Assembly: GCF_009914755.1 (NCBI RefSeq)
Contig: NC_060937.1
DNA: 64,000 bases
From: the human T2T-CHM13v2.0 reference genome, Homo sapiens
Strand: one strand, 5' to 3'
Under the pieces are notes generated by a model. That model searched no databases, was not told the DNA's origin, and saw only the letters and a program-made list of their open reading frames with translations. Positions 63,151-64,000 of the stretch are shown here, in pieces. Made by a program: the position numbers and the translations under genes. The first letter of the stretch is position 1, and every line of letters begins with the position of its first letter.

Positions 63151-64000
63151 AGCAAACTCAGCTCTTACCTGGCTGGTGCCAGCCTCTAAGACTTCTCACA
63201 TTGTGCTCCCTTCTGACCTCGTTCTGGGAGTCCCAGGTGTCTCCTTTGGGCAGCTCCCAGCATGGCCTCAGCTCCTTCAGACCAAAGTGAAGCCGGAGGT
63301 GCCCTGGAGGACGTCTCCACTTCTTATTACCTGCTCATTAGCAGACAAGAGCAGGCAGCTCAGGGCTGGACAGGCTTCTGCCTTATGTGAGCAGAACACT
63401 TTTTAAAGGTTTTTGGGTTTTTTTTTGTATTTAAAGGAAAGCTTAAACTGGGGCCCCTGCCCAAATATATCATAGAACAGCCCCTTTTTTCCCTGCAAAC
63501 TGAACTGAGATATTTCTATTCTAAGTAAACAGATTCCAAAGCCCACTTACCACTCAAAGCCTGCTCAGCCAAGCCAAATGGCCCTTATACACCAACTCTG
63601 GGATCCAGGAGGCCTGCCGTGCGCTTCCATAAAGGCTACACATGTTGATGCAACAGAAAGTAGAACTTTAAAATGAAAAAAAAAAAAGGCTTCCTTGAAG
63701 ACCTCAGCCATCTCCCAGCCAGCCTCAGAATCAACTATTTAACAACCTCTGATTGAAAAAATATATATTTAATTACACAAGTAATACATATTTATTGTGA
63801 AAAATCAGCAAGTACAGATTTAAAAAAAAAAATAAAACCACTCATCTTTCCTCCCTGATCATCAGCATTTTCAGAGAAGGAGCTGGGAGGCCTGGCTGGG
63901 TGATTATTTTTAACTTATTAGCCTCAGATGCCAGCCTACATCTTAATTTTATTTTTTTCTTCTAAAAAGAGTAAACATTGTGTTATCTCTTCTGCCAGGT

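Overview
Human-like (primate) genomic DNA from the 3' half of COL4A2 (collagen IV alpha-2 chain), + strand. I traced 29 consecutive coding exons with GT-AG boundaries (3,803 nt, one continuous Gly-X-Y frame running into the NC1/canstatin domain). Counting back from the known 48-exon structure these are exons 19-47; the last exon lies beyond the window. Introns hold about 17 Alus, old L1/L2 pieces, MaLR LTRs, a solo HERV-H LTR7, DNA-transposon MITEs and five minisatellites. Most interesting: (1) three separate tandem arrays (before exons 21, 39 and 46) are amplified copies of the exon's own 3' splice site, and every decoy AG gives a frameshift or premature stop; (2) a ~57-bp copy of the exon 46/intron 46 junction sits in intron 47 between perfect 21-bp direct repeats; (3) a perfect 36-nt tailless U2 snRNA retrocopy with a 17-bp TSD lies antisense in intron 32. 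The long ORFs in the ORF track are repeat or antisense artefacts. There is no CRISPR or prokaryotic system. Repeat subfamily names and exon numbering come from memory of consensus and reference sequences, not from a search.
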